Shown: positions 49,796 through 59,465 of the stretch, piece by piece
Numbering within the stretch: position 1 is the first letter of the stretch
Layout: every line of letters starts with the position of its first letter
From: Candidatus Bathyarchaeia archaeon
GTDB lineage: Archaea; Thermoproteota; Bathyarchaeia; Bathyarchaeales; Bathycorpusculaceae
Direction: 5' to 3'
DNA length: 64,000 nucleotides
Assembly: GCA_050012255.1 (NCBI GenBank)
Contig: JBEKHN010000003.1
Coordinates: 1-64,000, forward strand
Position numbers and translations under genes: made by a program
Notes under the pieces: model-generated
What the model saw: the letters and a program-made list of their open reading frames with translations, nothing else
What the model was told of the DNA's origin: nothing
Databases searched by the model: none

Positions 49796-49990
49796 CTACG
49801 CGGCAGGATTCTTGCTGACTTTGGTCAGCTTGTAATTGCCAATGAAGTCTTTCTTGTAGAAATGGAATAGGCCGCAATTCTGGCACTTCATAATCTTCGT
49901 AGACTGCTTAATATCCAATTCAAACAATTCTAGAGGGCCACCGCAATCATAGCACTTACCAGTGTGCTTTCTTGGTTCCTTTTCAACCAT
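49796..49990 (-). CDS. Small zinc-ribbon protein
   Basis: CYDCGG...CQNCG. Confidence 0.65.
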   Translation of the reverse strand: MVEKEPRKHTGKCYDCGGPLELFELDIKQSTKIMKCQNCGLFHFYKKDFIGNYKLTKVSKNPAA

Positions 49991-50291
49991 CCAAAACCCA
50001 ACGTTCTTTGTTGTGTGACTCTCTTGGCTAAAATATTTTTCCATGCAACGATGAAATCAAAACAACTGTGCTTGACGATTCGGGCTTTTCACGATAGTTT
50101 GAAGGCTCCTTAGAACGTTTGTGACCCAGTGCTGTCGATGTTTTGCAGGCCGCACTGCATTCAATCATGGATAATTTCATAAATCATAACACCCATAGAA
50201 AATACAAATGAATTATGGCTATATGGAGAAGATTTCTTAAACAACTTACGAAATAGTATAGACAGACCCGCTTGTTTAAGGAGGAACGTGT

Positions 50292-50837
50292 TTGAAGGAT
50301 ATAGAGATCAAACTGGTTTGTGAGCTCATTAAGAACAGCAGAAGAAGTGATAGGGAACTAGCAAAGGCAATTGGTGTCTCTCAACCTACAGTCTCCAGAA
50401 TCAGAACAAGGCTTGAAAAAGAAGGGGTCATCGAGTATGCTGGAACTGCGAATCTGAGAAAATTGGGTTTTGAGATCATTGCAATTACGTTTGGAAACAA
50501 GAAACGTGAACAGCCTCCTGATACCAAAGTGGCAAAGGGAAGGGATCTCACGGCAAAGAATCCTAACATGATCTTTGTTTCCACTGGCATGGGCTTAGGT
50601 TCAGACATAGTAGCAGTCTCAGTCCACAAGACCTATTCAGACTATGCTGAATACACACAAGAAATCAGGGCAGAATGGGCAGAATCCATGACGTTAACTG
50701 GCTCGTTTCTCATAGCCCTAAACAGTGACAACGTCTTAAGACCTCTTTCCATGAGATACATAGCTGATTGTTTAGAAAGAGAAGTCAGAGCAAGGGCTCA
50801 AAGTCCTGCAATACCGAGGATTTCAAAGAGTCAATAA
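50292..50837 (+). CDS. Lrp/AsnC family transcriptional regulator
   Basis: NSRRSDRELAKAIGVSQPTVSRIRTRLEKEGVI. Confidence 0.88.
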   Translation: MKDIEIKLVCELIKNSRRSDRELAKAIGVSQPTVSRIRTRLEKEGVIEYAGTANLRKLGFEIIAITFGNKKREQPPDTKVAKGRDLTAKNPNMIFVSTGMGLGSDIVAVSVHKTYSDYAEYTQEIRAEWAESMTLTGSFLIALNSDNVLRPLSMRYIADCLEREVRARAQSPAIPRISKSQ

Positions 50838-50988
50838 AGGTTATGGGCCGAAGCACAGATAGAGGCGTGATTTTCGCACAGGGCAAGTCGATTTGGGAAA
50901 ACGCTGGCTAAACCCCTTCTAACGTGACGGAACCAAAATGTTAATAACTCATTGTCCTCATTCCTAGAAGTCGCGAAGCGAAAAAACA

Positions 50989-52002
50989 ATGGGACATCGT
51001 AAAACGCACGCTCCGAGACATGGTTCTCTGGCATACTTGCCCAGGAAACGTGCTGAACACTTACTGGCCAGAGTACGCTTCTGGCCTAGAGTTGAATCAG
51101 AAACGCCTCGGCTTCTAGGGTTTACAGGCTACAAGGCCGGCATGACCCACGTGTTCACGATAGAAGACCGGAAGCGTTCGCCGGATTTTGGCAAGGAAGT
51201 GATTCTTCCAGCCACGATCTTGGAGACCCCGCCCATTCTTGTCTGCGGTGTAAAGGTCTACGCGAAAGACGTCAATGGTTTGCGAACCTTAGCTGAAGCA
51301 TGGGCGAAAGACCTGCCAGACGACTTAGAAAGAGTTTTCACGCTTGCGGAAGATTTCAAGACGGAAGAAGCTCTGAAGAAGATCGAGGAGAACCTGCCTC
51401 GAGTTGTGAGGGTCCGTGTTATCAGTGTGACTCAGCCAAGGCAGGCAAGTGTGCCGAAGAAGAAGCCTGACATGGCAGAAATAGAGATAGGCGGAGGAAC
51501 AGTCCAGCAACAGTTCGAGTACGCAAAAAGCCTTCTTGGGAAAACCGCAACCCCTGCGGAGATTTTCAAGGAAGGCCAGTACGTTGACATAGCTTCAGTT
51601 TCAACAGGTAAGGGTTTTCAAGGACCTGTAAAACGTTGGGGAGTCACAATACTCCAGGCTAAGGGAAGAAAGACAAAGAGAGGCGTTGCAACGCTGGGCC
51701 CGTGGAACCCGCACCACGTGATGTACAGCGTCCCAAGAGCAGGGCAGATGGGTTTTCACCAGAGAACAGAGTACAACAAACGAATCCTCAAGATAGGCAA
51801 GGATGGAAAAGAGATCACGCCAAAAGGTGGTTTCCTGAGATACGGCTTAGTCAAAGGTCCCTACGTGCTTCTTGCAGGAAGCGTAGCAGGCACGGAGAAG
51901 CGTCCGATACGGATTCGCTACCCGGCACGCTCGCCGAGAGGAGTATCGGAAGAGCCGCCGCAAATAACCCAAGTATCCCTTGAGTCTCCGCAGGGAAGAT
52001 AG
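50989..52002 (+). CDS. rpl3: 50S ribosomal protein L3
   Basis: PRHGSLAYLPRKRA, GYKAGMTH, GKGFQGPVKRWG. Confidence 0.97.
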   Translation: MGHRKTHAPRHGSLAYLPRKRAEHLLARVRFWPRVESETPRLLGFTGYKAGMTHVFTIEDRKRSPDFGKEVILPATILETPPILVCGVKVYAKDVNGLRTLAEAWAKDLPDDLERVFTLAEDFKTEEALKKIEENLPRVVRVRVISVTQPRQASVPKKKPDMAEIEIGGGTVQQQFEYAKSLLGKTATPAEIFKEGQYVDIASVSTGKGFQGPVKRWGVTILQAKGRKTKRGVATLGPWNPHHVMYSVPRAGQMGFHQRTEYNKRILKIGKDGKEITPKGGFLRYGLVKGPYVLLAGSVAGTEKRPIRIRYPARSPRGVSEEPPQITQVSLESPQGR

Positions 52003-52009
52003 TCGGTGA

Positions 52010-52807
52010 ATGCTAATGGTTAAGAAGGTGGCGAAGGTTTTCAACCTCGAAGGTAAGGCGGTTGGAAAGATTGAGCTTCCACCAGTTTTCGCGACACCGC
52101 TGAGGCCGGACGTCATAAAGCGGGCTGTTCTGGCGATACAGTCGCATAGGCTTCAACGACAGGGCAGAGACCCCATGGCGGGAAAGAGAACGACAGCCGA
52201 GTCCAGAGGCACAGGCTCAGGCCAAGCCAGATTGCCGAGACGCAAGACTGCGTCTGCAAGAGCGGCTTTCGCACCGGGAACGGTCGGGGGAAGGCAGTCT
52301 CATCCGCCAACTTCTGAGAAGAAGATTGTTAAGAGGATTCCGAAGAAGGAGAAGAGGCTAGCCCTGTTCTCGGCTATAGCAGCGACGGCATCGAAAGAGA
52401 CTGTGGCCAAGAGGGGTCACAGCATTGAGGACGTGCCGCAAATTCCGCTTGTAGTTTCGTCTGAACTGGAAGGCTTGAAGAGAACCAAGGAAGTTGAAGA
52501 GGTTCTCATACGGTTGGGAGTATTGTCAGAGATTCTCCGGGTGAGAGAGAGCAGAAAGGTGAGGGCTGGGAAGGGTAAGAGCAGAGGAAGAAAGATGAAG
52601 CAGGCTGTTGGACCACTCATAGTCGTTGCTGAGAACAAGGGAATAATGGAAGCAGCAGGAAACATCCCAGGCGTGGATGTTGTCGCGGTCAGAAACCTTA
52701 ACCCGGAGATATTGGCTCCGGGCACGCATCCTGGAAGATTCACGATATGGACAAGCAATGCGGTTGAGGAGCTTGCTAGGCTGCACGGTCAAGGAGGGCA
52801 GGCATAA
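52010..52807 (+). CDS. rpl4: 50S ribosomal protein L4
   Basis: AESRGTG, VRAGKGK, LAPGTHPGR. Confidence 0.97.
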   Translation: MLMVKKVAKVFNLEGKAVGKIELPPVFATPLRPDVIKRAVLAIQSHRLQRQGRDPMAGKRTTAESRGTGSGQARLPRRKTASARAAFAPGTVGGRQSHPPTSEKKIVKRIPKKEKRLALFSAIAATASKETVAKRGHSIEDVPQIPLVVSSELEGLKRTKEVEEVLIRLGVLSEILRVRESRKVRAGKGKSRGRKMKQAVGPLIVVAENKGIMEAAGNIPGVDVVAVRNLNPEILAPGTHPGRFTIWTSNAVEELARLHGQGGQA

Positions 52808-53067
52808 TGGACCCATACGACGTCATACTCTATCCTTTAATGACTGAGTCCTCCAGCCTCATGGTTGAAAAAGAGAACAAACTGGTTTTCATGGTCAACC
52901 TGAGAGCAAACAAATCTGACGTCAAAAAGGCGGTTGAAAGGCTCTACGAAGTGAGAGTTGAAGACATCAACGTTCTGATCACCTCGACCGGCGAAAAGAA
53001 GGCGTTCGTCAAGCTTCATCCAGATTACAAGGCAGCCGACATAGCAATCAGACTTGGAATACTGTAA
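52807..53067 (+). CDS. rpl23: 50S ribosomal protein L23
   Basis: PLMTE, NKLVF, KKAFVKL. Confidence 0.97.
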   Translation: MDPYDVILYPLMTESSSLMVEKENKLVFMVNLRANKSDVKKAVERLYEVRVEDINVLITSTGEKKAFVKLHPDYKAADIAIRLGIL

Positions 53068-53087
53068 ACCTGTATGGTGGACTGATA

Positions 53088-53852
53088 GTGGGAAAGAGAA
53101 TTCGTGTTCAAAGACGCGGGCGTGGGGGCTCTACGTTTCGAGCCGCAACCCACAAGAGGGTGGCCCCTGCTCGGTACCCGTCAACTACAAAACTGAAGGA
53201 TTTTGAGTCATCTTTCAACTGCGTGATTGAAGAGCTTGTTCATGACCCTGGGCGAGGAACGCCTCTGGGGCTGATAAGGTCTGAAGATGGACAAACATTC
53301 TTCACGGTTGTTCCTGAAGGGGTCTATGAGGGCAAACAGATTCAGATTGGCGGGAGAGCCGCGGTCGACGTGGGCAACATCATGCCTGTTGGCAAGATCC
53401 CAGAAGGCACAATGGTCTGTAACGTGGAGCTCCGCCCCGGGGACGGCGGCAAGCTTTCAAAATCCTCAGGGTCGTACGCGACGGTCGTTACTCACACCCC
53501 CAAGGGGACGATAATCAAGTTGCCGTCTGGAAAGGCAAAGTACGTGGCTGATTATTGTCGGGCAACGATCGGCGTGGTCTCAGCGTCCGGAAGGACGGAC
53601 AAGCCCTTCCTGAAAGCAGGCGCGAAGTTCCACTTGATGAGGGCTAGGGGGCGCAAGTACCCGAGGACAAGTGGAAGAAAGATGGTTGCTGCTGTGCATC
53701 CGTATGGCAGTAGTAAAAGGAGTGCAAGAAAGGTCACTACAACGTCGCACGGCGCTCCGCCAGGACAAAAAGTCGGTTTGATTGCTGCGAGAGGCACCGG
53801 AAGGAAAGGGAAGAGCGCGCGTGATAAGCAAAGAATAGGAGAGGGTCCATAA
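53088..53852 (+). CDS. rpl2: 50S ribosomal protein L2
   Basis: GKRIRVQRRGRG, HDPGRG, APPGQKVGLIAAR. Confidence 0.97.
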   Translation: MGKRIRVQRRGRGGSTFRAATHKRVAPARYPSTTKLKDFESSFNCVIEELVHDPGRGTPLGLIRSEDGQTFFTVVPEGVYEGKQIQIGGRAAVDVGNIMPVGKIPEGTMVCNVELRPGDGGKLSKSSGSYATVVTHTPKGTIIKLPSGKAKYVADYCRATIGVVSASGRTDKPFLKAGAKFHLMRARGRKYPRTSGRKMVAAVHPYGSSKRSARKVTTTSHGAPPGQKVGLIAARGTGRKGKSARDKQRIGEGP

Positions 53853-53883
53853 TGTCTAATGTGGCAAGTAGGGTGAGATAAAA

Positions 53884-54288
53884 ATGCCGAAAGAGTTCAT
53901 GTATCGCGGGCTTTCGTTGAGCCAGCTGCAGAGCATGTCAATGGACGAATTCATTGACCTTCTCCCTTCAAGGCAGAGAAGGAGTCTTCATCGGGGTTTG
54001 CAGGCGGAGCAGAGGATACTGCTTGAAAAGGTCAGGCGCGCGAGGGAAGAGCTTCGAAGGGGAGGCAACCCTGCCATTAAAACGCACGTGCGGAACATGA
54101 TCATTCTGCCTGAAATGGTCGGCTTGCTGATCCAGGTGCACAACGGCAAAGATTTTGTGCAGGTGGAAATAAAGCCTGAAATGATAGGACACTACTTGGG
54201 GGAGTTTTCAGTCACAAACAAACCTGTTAGACACGGTACTCCCGGCATCGGCGCGTCGCGTTCCTCGATGTACGTGCCGCTGAAGTAA
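53884..54288 (+). CDS. rps19: 30S ribosomal protein S19
   Basis: [30 protein letters not shown]. Confidence 0.97.
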   Translation: MPKEFMYRGLSLSQLQSMSMDEFIDLLPSRQRRSLHRGLQAEQRILLEKVRRAREELRRGGNPAIKTHVRNMIILPEMVGLLIQVHNGKDFVQVEIKPEMIGHYLGEFSVTNKPVRHGTPGIGASRSSMYVPLK

Positions 54289-54316
54289 CCTGCTGGTAAC
54301 CTGCTTCTCGCCCTGT

Positions 54317-54757
54317 TCAGGCGCTGTAATCCCTGTCTGAGGGTTTCTTCTCGCTTGGCTTAGTCTCCCCTATTTGGGGCAGCGGGATAGGCGGCGGGAT
54401 GTTCAAGGTTCTGGATATCAGGACAGACTCGATGAAGGCAACGTTTGAAACTGACTGTACTATGATTGGTGGCGGGGGTTTCTTCTCTTCGTATTCCTTG
54501 TAGACTCTTTCAGTTTCACCTTTGTCGCCGACCACGTACGCGGTTCCCTTCAGGCTTATCTGCGCCACTGAGGGGTTGTAACTGATCGTCAGAACGAACG
54601 GAACGTCCAATGACTCGTCCAGCTTCTTCTCCATCCCCGTAAGGTTAAGGTTCGTGTTTATATGAACTTGGGGGAAAGGCTTCCTGAAGTCCAAGAAACG
54701 TTCCGCAGAAATATTTGAGATGACGACGTTTACCCTGAGCATTTCGTAAACCATCAA
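54317..54757 (-). CDS. Conserved archaeal hypothetical protein
   Basis: ISAERF, ISYNPSVAQISLKG, LNIPPPIPLP; follows the S27ae cluster. Confidence 0.7.
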   Translation of the reverse strand: MMVYEMLRVNVVISNISAERFLDFRKPFPQVHINTNLNLTGMEKKLDESLDVPFVLTISYNPSVAQISLKGTAYVVGDKGETERVYKEYEEKKPPPPIIVQSVSNVAFIESVLISRTLNIPPPIPLPQIGETKPSEKKPSDRDYSA

Positions 54758-54791
54758 GAAGCTATCACGGTGTCGGATAATTTAAAGATGT

Positions 54792-55112
54792 TCATTCCTT
54801 AGCGGGCTTGTACCGCGTGAACCCGCAGTGTCCACAAGTGTATCTGTTACCATGGTCCGCCATGAAGTATCCGGGTCCGCACCGTTCGCACGTTGGGCGA
54901 AGTCTAATGACCTTTTCAGCCTCAACCTTGTACAGTTTGAAAACGCCCTTTTCTTCCTTCTTCTTTTTCTCGGGTTTTGGAGCTTTCTCGGGTTTCGCAG
55001 GTTTTGCCTCTTCCTTCGGAGCTTCCACTGGGGCTTGTTCTGCTTTCTTCACTTCTTTCTTGGGTTCTTCTCCCTTCTTTGGCGCCTCTTTCTTTTCTTC
55101 CTTCTTGGGCAT
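54792..55112 (-). CDS. rps27ae: 30S ribosomal protein S27ae with K/E/P-rich N-terminal extension
   Basis: CERCGPGYFMADH...CGHCGFT. Confidence 0.95.
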   Translation of the reverse strand: MPKKEEKKEAPKKGEEPKKEVKKAEQAPVEAPKEEAKPAKPEKAPKPEKKKKEEKGVFKLYKVEAEKVIRLRPTCERCGPGYFMADHGNRYTCGHCGFTRYKPAKE

Positions 55113-55120
55113 TTTCTACT

Positions 55121-55438
55121 CTACCCCTTCTTCTCTTCTTCTTTAGGCTTCTCGGGAGGAGGAACGTTTCTTTTGATTACGTAGTCCGGTTCGATGAGCT
55201 TCGCCTGTTCGGCAGAATCGTAAAGGTTCGCCACGCCTACCGCTATGTGCGTTCCAGGCCTTGTTTCGAATTTTTTGACAAAGATCAGGTCCACGTTTGA
55301 CTTCAACGCCTCTGCGACTGCTTTTCTGACTTCTAGTCTCGGTGGCGTGGCGCCTGCGACGTGTTTAACGTTAAAACGAATTTCCTTCCGCTTCAGCAAC
55401 GGGTTCTCTTTCTGTGACACTATGTTGACTTCCATCAT
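55121..55438 (-). CDS. rps24e: 30S ribosomal protein S24e
   Basis: NPLLKRKE, TPPRLEV, IEPDYVIKRN. Confidence 0.95.
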   Translation of the reverse strand: MMEVNIVSQKENPLLKRKEIRFNVKHVAGATPPRLEVRKAVAEALKSNVDLIFVKKFETRPGTHIAVGVANLYDSAEQAKLIEPDYVIKRNVPPPEKPKEEEKKG

Positions 55439-55481
55439 GTTTCCTCGTGTGCAGTGTTGACTTGATGTTACACTCTCTTAT

Positions 55482-56012
55482 TTAGCTTTTTGAACGCTTT
55501 TCCATGGACTTGAGGATTGATGCGATTTCTGTTTTCTTGTCAGGAGTGACCTTGACCACGACGATGCCTTCGTGAGGCTGACCGTATATGACGTATGAGT
55601 CTTCGGACGCGTAGGCGATGGCAACGAGCGTCAACAGGTCTTCTTCGCCTTTGACGACGATTTTGACATGCTCACTTTCTTTCAAGGCAGCTTCTACCAT
55701 TCGTTCGGCCTCTTCTGTAATTGTTCCTCGAGGGTTTGTGATGTAAACTGTCCGGTCTGCAGGTAACTCAAACGGCTTCGTGCTCCTCCTCATGCATTTA
55801 TTGTCTATGATGTACAATTTGGGGGAAAAGCCGTTCTCCGCAAGGTTCTTTGAGACCGTATCCCCGACGGAAATTATGCTCGATGGGTTTTCTTGCTCAA
55901 CCATCTTCTTCAGTCTTTTCATCGTGTCGACAAAAGAGCCTCGAATCAGAGTGCCCAACGGTTGCTTCAGAGCTTTGCGCAGTTCGGATGTAAGATAGTG
56001 TTTAACAGCCAT
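55482..56012 (-). CDS. GTP-dependent dephospho-CoA kinase (DUF359)
   Basis: VGD, NPRGTI, VKGEEDLL, YGQP; conserved position between spt4 and rps24e. Confidence 0.9.
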   Translation of the reverse strand: MAVKHYLTSELRKALKQPLGTLIRGSFVDTMKRLKKMVEQENPSSIISVGDTVSKNLAENGFSPKLYIIDNKCMRRSTKPFELPADRTVYITNPRGTITEEAERMVEAALKESEHVKIVVKGEEDLLTLVAIAYASEDSYVIYGQPHEGIVVVKVTPDKKTEIASILKSMEKRSKS

Positions 56013-56013
56013 C

Positions 56014-56199
56014 TTATCTGACCCTTAGGGCAAAGCGGCCTTTGTCTTTGATGTTCATGGCCTTTGCAATTGCTGAACTTTCAGGGTCAAAGATGATCAC
56101 CAACCCGCTAAAATCGTCGCTCAGGCTTGTCGTTTTGCACTTAGGACAGACGTTTCCTCTGCTCAGATAGTGACAGTTTGGGCAGGCTTTCTCGCTCAT
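56014..56199 (-). CDS. spt4: Transcription elongation factor Spt4 (RpoE'')
   Basis: ACPNC...CPKC, SDDFSGLVII, GRFALRVR. Confidence 0.95.
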   Translation of the reverse strand: MSEKACPNCHYLSRGNVCPKCKTTSLSDDFSGLVIIFDPESSAIAKAMNIKDKGRFALRVR

Positions 56200-56792
56200 T
56201 CTGCTCGCACCCTCTTTTCGGATGCTTTCTTCTCCGCTGCTTCCTTCATTTTCTTCAAGTCGGTTTCAATCCATTCAAGCTTGCCAAGGAAGGGCTGTCT
56301 TGCTGTGACGCCGATTTTTCCCGAACTTCCAGCTCTGCCAAGCGATACTGCAGTTATGCGGACGCGAACCTGGTCGCCGCTCATCAGCTTGCGTTTACTT
56401 TCCTTTCCCAGCAACACTCCTTGCTTCTCGTCGTAAGAGATGAAGTCATCCATGAGTTGGGAAACGTGAAGTAACGCGTCAATCGGTCCGATGCGGACGA
56501 AAGCGCCGAAATCGGCGATCTCAACGACTTCGCCTTCAACGACTTCTTGAATTTTAGGGTAGAAGGTTAAAAGTGAAAAGTTCACCTTGTGATACGTAGC
56601 GCCGTCGCCTGGGATTATCTTGCCCGTGGAGCTTACTTTCACTTCGGTTACGGCTATGACATAGCCTAGCTCCTCGTCGACGACTCCTTCGTATTTCGCC
56701 TTGACCTGCTGGTGTCCTACCGATTCGAGTGGGTTGCCGAATGTTTCAGGCGGAATCCGAATCGTATCTTCTAAGGTTACAAGTTTAAACAG
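56196..56792 (-). CDS. rpoE1: RNA polymerase subunit E' (Rpo7), CTG start
   Basis: Frame extends upstream of the track ORF to CTG-TTT-AAA (M)FKLVTLEDTIRIPP; S1 domain FGAFVRIGPIDALLHVSQ. Confidence 0.93.
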   Translation of the reverse strand: MFKLVTLEDTIRIPPETFGNPLESVGHQQVKAKYEGVVDEELGYVIAVTEVKVSSTGKIIPGDGATYHKVNFSLLTFYPKIQEVVEGEVVEIADFGAFVRIGPIDALLHVSQLMDDFISYDEKQGVLLGKESKRKLMSGDQVRVRITAVSLGRAGSSGKIGVTARQPFLGKLEWIETDLKKMKEAAEKKASEKRVRAE

Positions 56793-56795
56793 GGG

Positions 56796-57221
56796 TTACA
56801 GCCTCCCGTCAATTTCTAACCGTGACTTTTGCCTCACATAAATAACTGGCACATTTATATCTCTTAGCCTGTTCCTGAGTTGTCTGTCGTTCGTGAACAC
56901 CGGGTACTTGTACTTGGCGGCCGCTTGGACGATAAGGTCGTCTGCGGACGTGCCTGTTCGCTGACCAACATCCAGTGGCTTGCACCTTTCAGCTAGTTTC
57001 AGTGCAAGGGCCGCGTTCTTGCGCATACTGGAAGAACCTTGAGTTGCTATTCTCTCAAGCTCCAGCCGGGTTGGGGAAAGCAGGACAAGTTCAAAATTCC
57101 TGTTCAAAAGCTTTTCTAAATCTTCGATAAGGTCGATTTTGAACTGAAGCGGAACGAACAGAGCGTTTGAATCGAGTATGATCTTCAATTTTCTTCTTGC
57201 AGGCTTAGGTTCTGAAGTCAT
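56796..57221 (-). CDS. PIN-domain nuclease (Fcf1/Utp24-like)
   Basis: ILDSNAL, ADDLI, VFTND; conserved position after aIF2g. Confidence 0.88.
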   Translation of the reverse strand: MTSEPKPARRKLKIILDSNALFVPLQFKIDLIEDLEKLLNRNFELVLLSPTRLELERIATQGSSSMRKNAALALKLAERCKPLDVGQRTGTSADDLIVQAAAKYKYPVFTNDRQLRNRLRDINVPVIYVRQKSRLEIDGRL

Positions 57222-57222
57222 T

Positions 57223-58467
57223 TTACCGTATCATTCCATAGCCTATTAGCCGCCATCTCCCTGCGATTTTTCTGCTCAGCGCAACTCTTGATCCTGTTTG
57301 CGCGCAAACCGGCCTGGTGAGCTTGATCTGAACGCTGTCCTTTCTTATTGAGGAGACTTTTCCGACCGTTATGGCGGCACCGACGTGCATGAGCAGTGTT
57401 TCGTTCATCGCGACTTCTTCGATTTTCGTCAGCTCTTTTGTTCCTACAGCTCTGTCAAGAATGTGAGTTTCAAGGATAACCTCTGACAATATTGGAGGCA
57501 GCATTCCTCGTTTTCCTGCGATGTTTCCGATGAGGCTGTCGGCCTTCGAATATGATGGGTCTAAGAGTGTTCCTACGCCTACTAGGCCGCCGCAGTGAGC
57601 TTCACTCACGTTCTCTCCACCGGCTTCGAGGCTTACGATTTCGCTGAACAGGGGCTCATACGTGCTCTTTTCTTCCGTCGCTATTCCTGGAAGTATCTCC
57701 AGTTCTTCTTCGACCATGAACTTGCCCTGGACTATCGTGCCCCCTAGCACGCCGCCTTCCAGCTTGTCGACAAGCGTGCCCGGCTTGTTGATGTCAAAAG
57801 AACGAATTATGTACATGAACGGCGGCTTTGTTTCATCCCTTTTCGGCGTCGGCATAACCTCTTCTATCGCTTGAAGGAGAACATCTACGTTGACTCCGTG
57901 CTGTGCTGAGATGGGAATGATAGGGGCGTCTTCCGCCACGGTTCCTTTCACGAAGTTCTTTATCTCAGCGTAGCTCTGGCGGGCCCTCTTCTCGTCAACG
58001 ATGTCGATCTTGTTCTGGACTATGACTATGTTCTTTATGCCTATAACACCGACCGCGGCCAAGTGTTCTCTGGTCTGCGGTTGAGGACATGGTTCGTCTG
58101 CCGCTATCACGAGTAACGCTCCGTCCATTATTGCCGCGCCGGAGAGCATGGTTGCCATCAGAGCTTCATGACCCGGGGCGTCAACGAAGCTGGCCGCTCG
58201 GACGAAAACGGCTTTTGAGCCACAGATGGGGCAAGCTGGTTTTGTAGTGTAGTTGTTCGGCGGCTCACACTTGGGACACCTGTAAACTGCCATGTCTGCG
58301 TAGCCCAGTTTGATCGTGATGCCTCTCTTGAGTTCTTCGCTGTGTCTCGACGCCCAGACACCCGTCAGCGCCTGAACTAGTGTTGTTTTGCCATGGTCAA
58401 CATGTCCTATTGTGCCGATGTTGATTTCGGGTTGGCGAGGTATGGTTGCCCGTTTTTCGCTGCTCAT
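57223..58467 (-). CDS. eif2g: Translation initiation factor 2 gamma subunit
   Basis: GHVDHGKTT, RGITIKLGY, DAPGH, QNKID, WRLIGYG. Confidence 0.97.
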   Translation of the reverse strand: MSSEKRATIPRQPEINIGTIGHVDHGKTTLVQALTGVWASRHSEELKRGITIKLGYADMAVYRCPKCEPPNNYTTKPACPICGSKAVFVRAASFVDAPGHEALMATMLSGAAIMDGALLVIAADEPCPQPQTREHLAAVGVIGIKNIVIVQNKIDIVDEKRARQSYAEIKNFVKGTVAEDAPIIPISAQHGVNVDVLLQAIEEVMPTPKRDETKPPFMYIIRSFDINKPGTLVDKLEGGVLGGTIVQGKFMVEEELEILPGIATEEKSTYEPLFSEIVSLEAGGENVSEAHCGGLVGVGTLLDPSYSKADSLIGNIAGKRGMLPPILSEVILETHILDRAVGTKELTKIEEVAMNETLLMHVGAAITVGKVSSIRKDSVQIKLTRPVCAQTGSRVALSRKIAGRWRLIGYGMIR

Positions 58468-58542
58468 TGTCCACTTTCCATTGAATGTTTACAAATTATT
58501 GAAGGATTAGAAATGCTGCGGCTAATAAACGTTAAGCTTATA

Positions 58543-58995
58543 TCAAGTGCTGGTTTGCGTTTGAGCTTTGGCTTGTTGCTCAGGTTCTTTTGGAGCTGTT
58601 TTTTCTTCCTTCTTTTCCTTCGGCTTCTTTCCTTCTTTAGGATGTTTCGGCTTTTCCACGATTTTCGCGTTTACCTGAACGATCTCTTCCGTTATGACGT
58701 TTCCCCGAATGCTTTTGCGTCTCCTCATCCCTCCGTTCAGCGGGTTGAAGCCTACGCCGCCGCTGAGAACTATGCGTCGGCGAACACCGCCATGTACGCT
58801 CGGCCTCATCGGGAACCCGTCCTTGTCGGAGCCGCCCATGATTTGGACCTTGTGCCCTGCGAAATCGACTATTGTTCCGTCTATGACTTCGCCTATTCTC
58901 TTGCCGATCAACGGGGTAGCGCGTGCTTCTTCAAGCTCAACCGCCTTTGATGTCCCCGTTTCGGGGTCTGAAACGATGACTTTGAACTTGGCCAT
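58543..58995 (-). CDS. rps6e: 30S ribosomal protein S6e
   Basis: MAKFKVIVSDP, GGSDKDGFPM, RRKSIRG; K/E/P-rich C-terminal tail. Confidence 0.95.
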   Translation of the reverse strand: MAKFKVIVSDPETGTSKAVELEEARATPLIGKRIGEVIDGTIVDFAGHKVQIMGGSDKDGFPMRPSVHGGVRRRIVLSGGVGFNPLNGGMRRRKSIRGNVITEEIVQVNAKIVEKPKHPKEGKKPKEKKEEKTAPKEPEQQAKAQTQTST

Positions 58996-59093
58996 CCGTC
59001 GTAGCCTCTTAGGTGGTTGTATGAAAGTTGAGCATCTCTCTATTAAGAATTGCGTGTTTGAGCAGTGAAGTTTGCGCCACCCGATGCCAAAAA

Positions 59094-59260
59094 AGCGCGC
59101 TGGCTTGTCCATAAATTCGCGAATAGCGCGCACGTAAGAGCATATACATTTTGCATATACACTTTGCATATACACTTAACGAGCATTGTTGAAGACGGTG
59201 AGGATTTTCAGGTTGGATAAGACCAATTTTGACTCGCGCGCGGAACACGCATGCGCACAA
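59094..59260 (-). repeat. Dispersed repeat with 13-bp tandem array (x~2.7) and TAGCGCGC-family terminal repeat
   Basis: Inverted homolog of 8913-9050; GGAACACGCATGCGC at 59242-59256 is identical to the 43-kb terminal repeat. Confidence 0.85.
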
Positions 59261-59465
59261 AGTCACGGTTGAGCTTCTGATCCTCTAGGTTCCGAGTGAG
59301 GAAAAGAATTGGTCATTTGAGTGCCCATTTTGTCCATATTACAGAAACTATGGTGGTAACAATCGGTGCGATTCGTGATAACGCGCTTTTAGCGTGCAGT
59401 TCGAGAGGGAAATCAGCTTCGAGGGAGTAAAAGTTTTAATCTTACTTTGAATAGGTTTTCTGGCC

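Noticed and set aside
53884-54316. S10-like operon ending after rps19
   Set aside because: Breaks in this operon are common in archaea; there is no sign of insertion or pseudogene here
58996-59266. 60-aa N-terminal extension of S6e and ORFs 59009-59266, 8661-9101, 8830-9033
   Set aside because: They are translations of the 13-bp repeat element; S6e starts at MAKFKV (58995)
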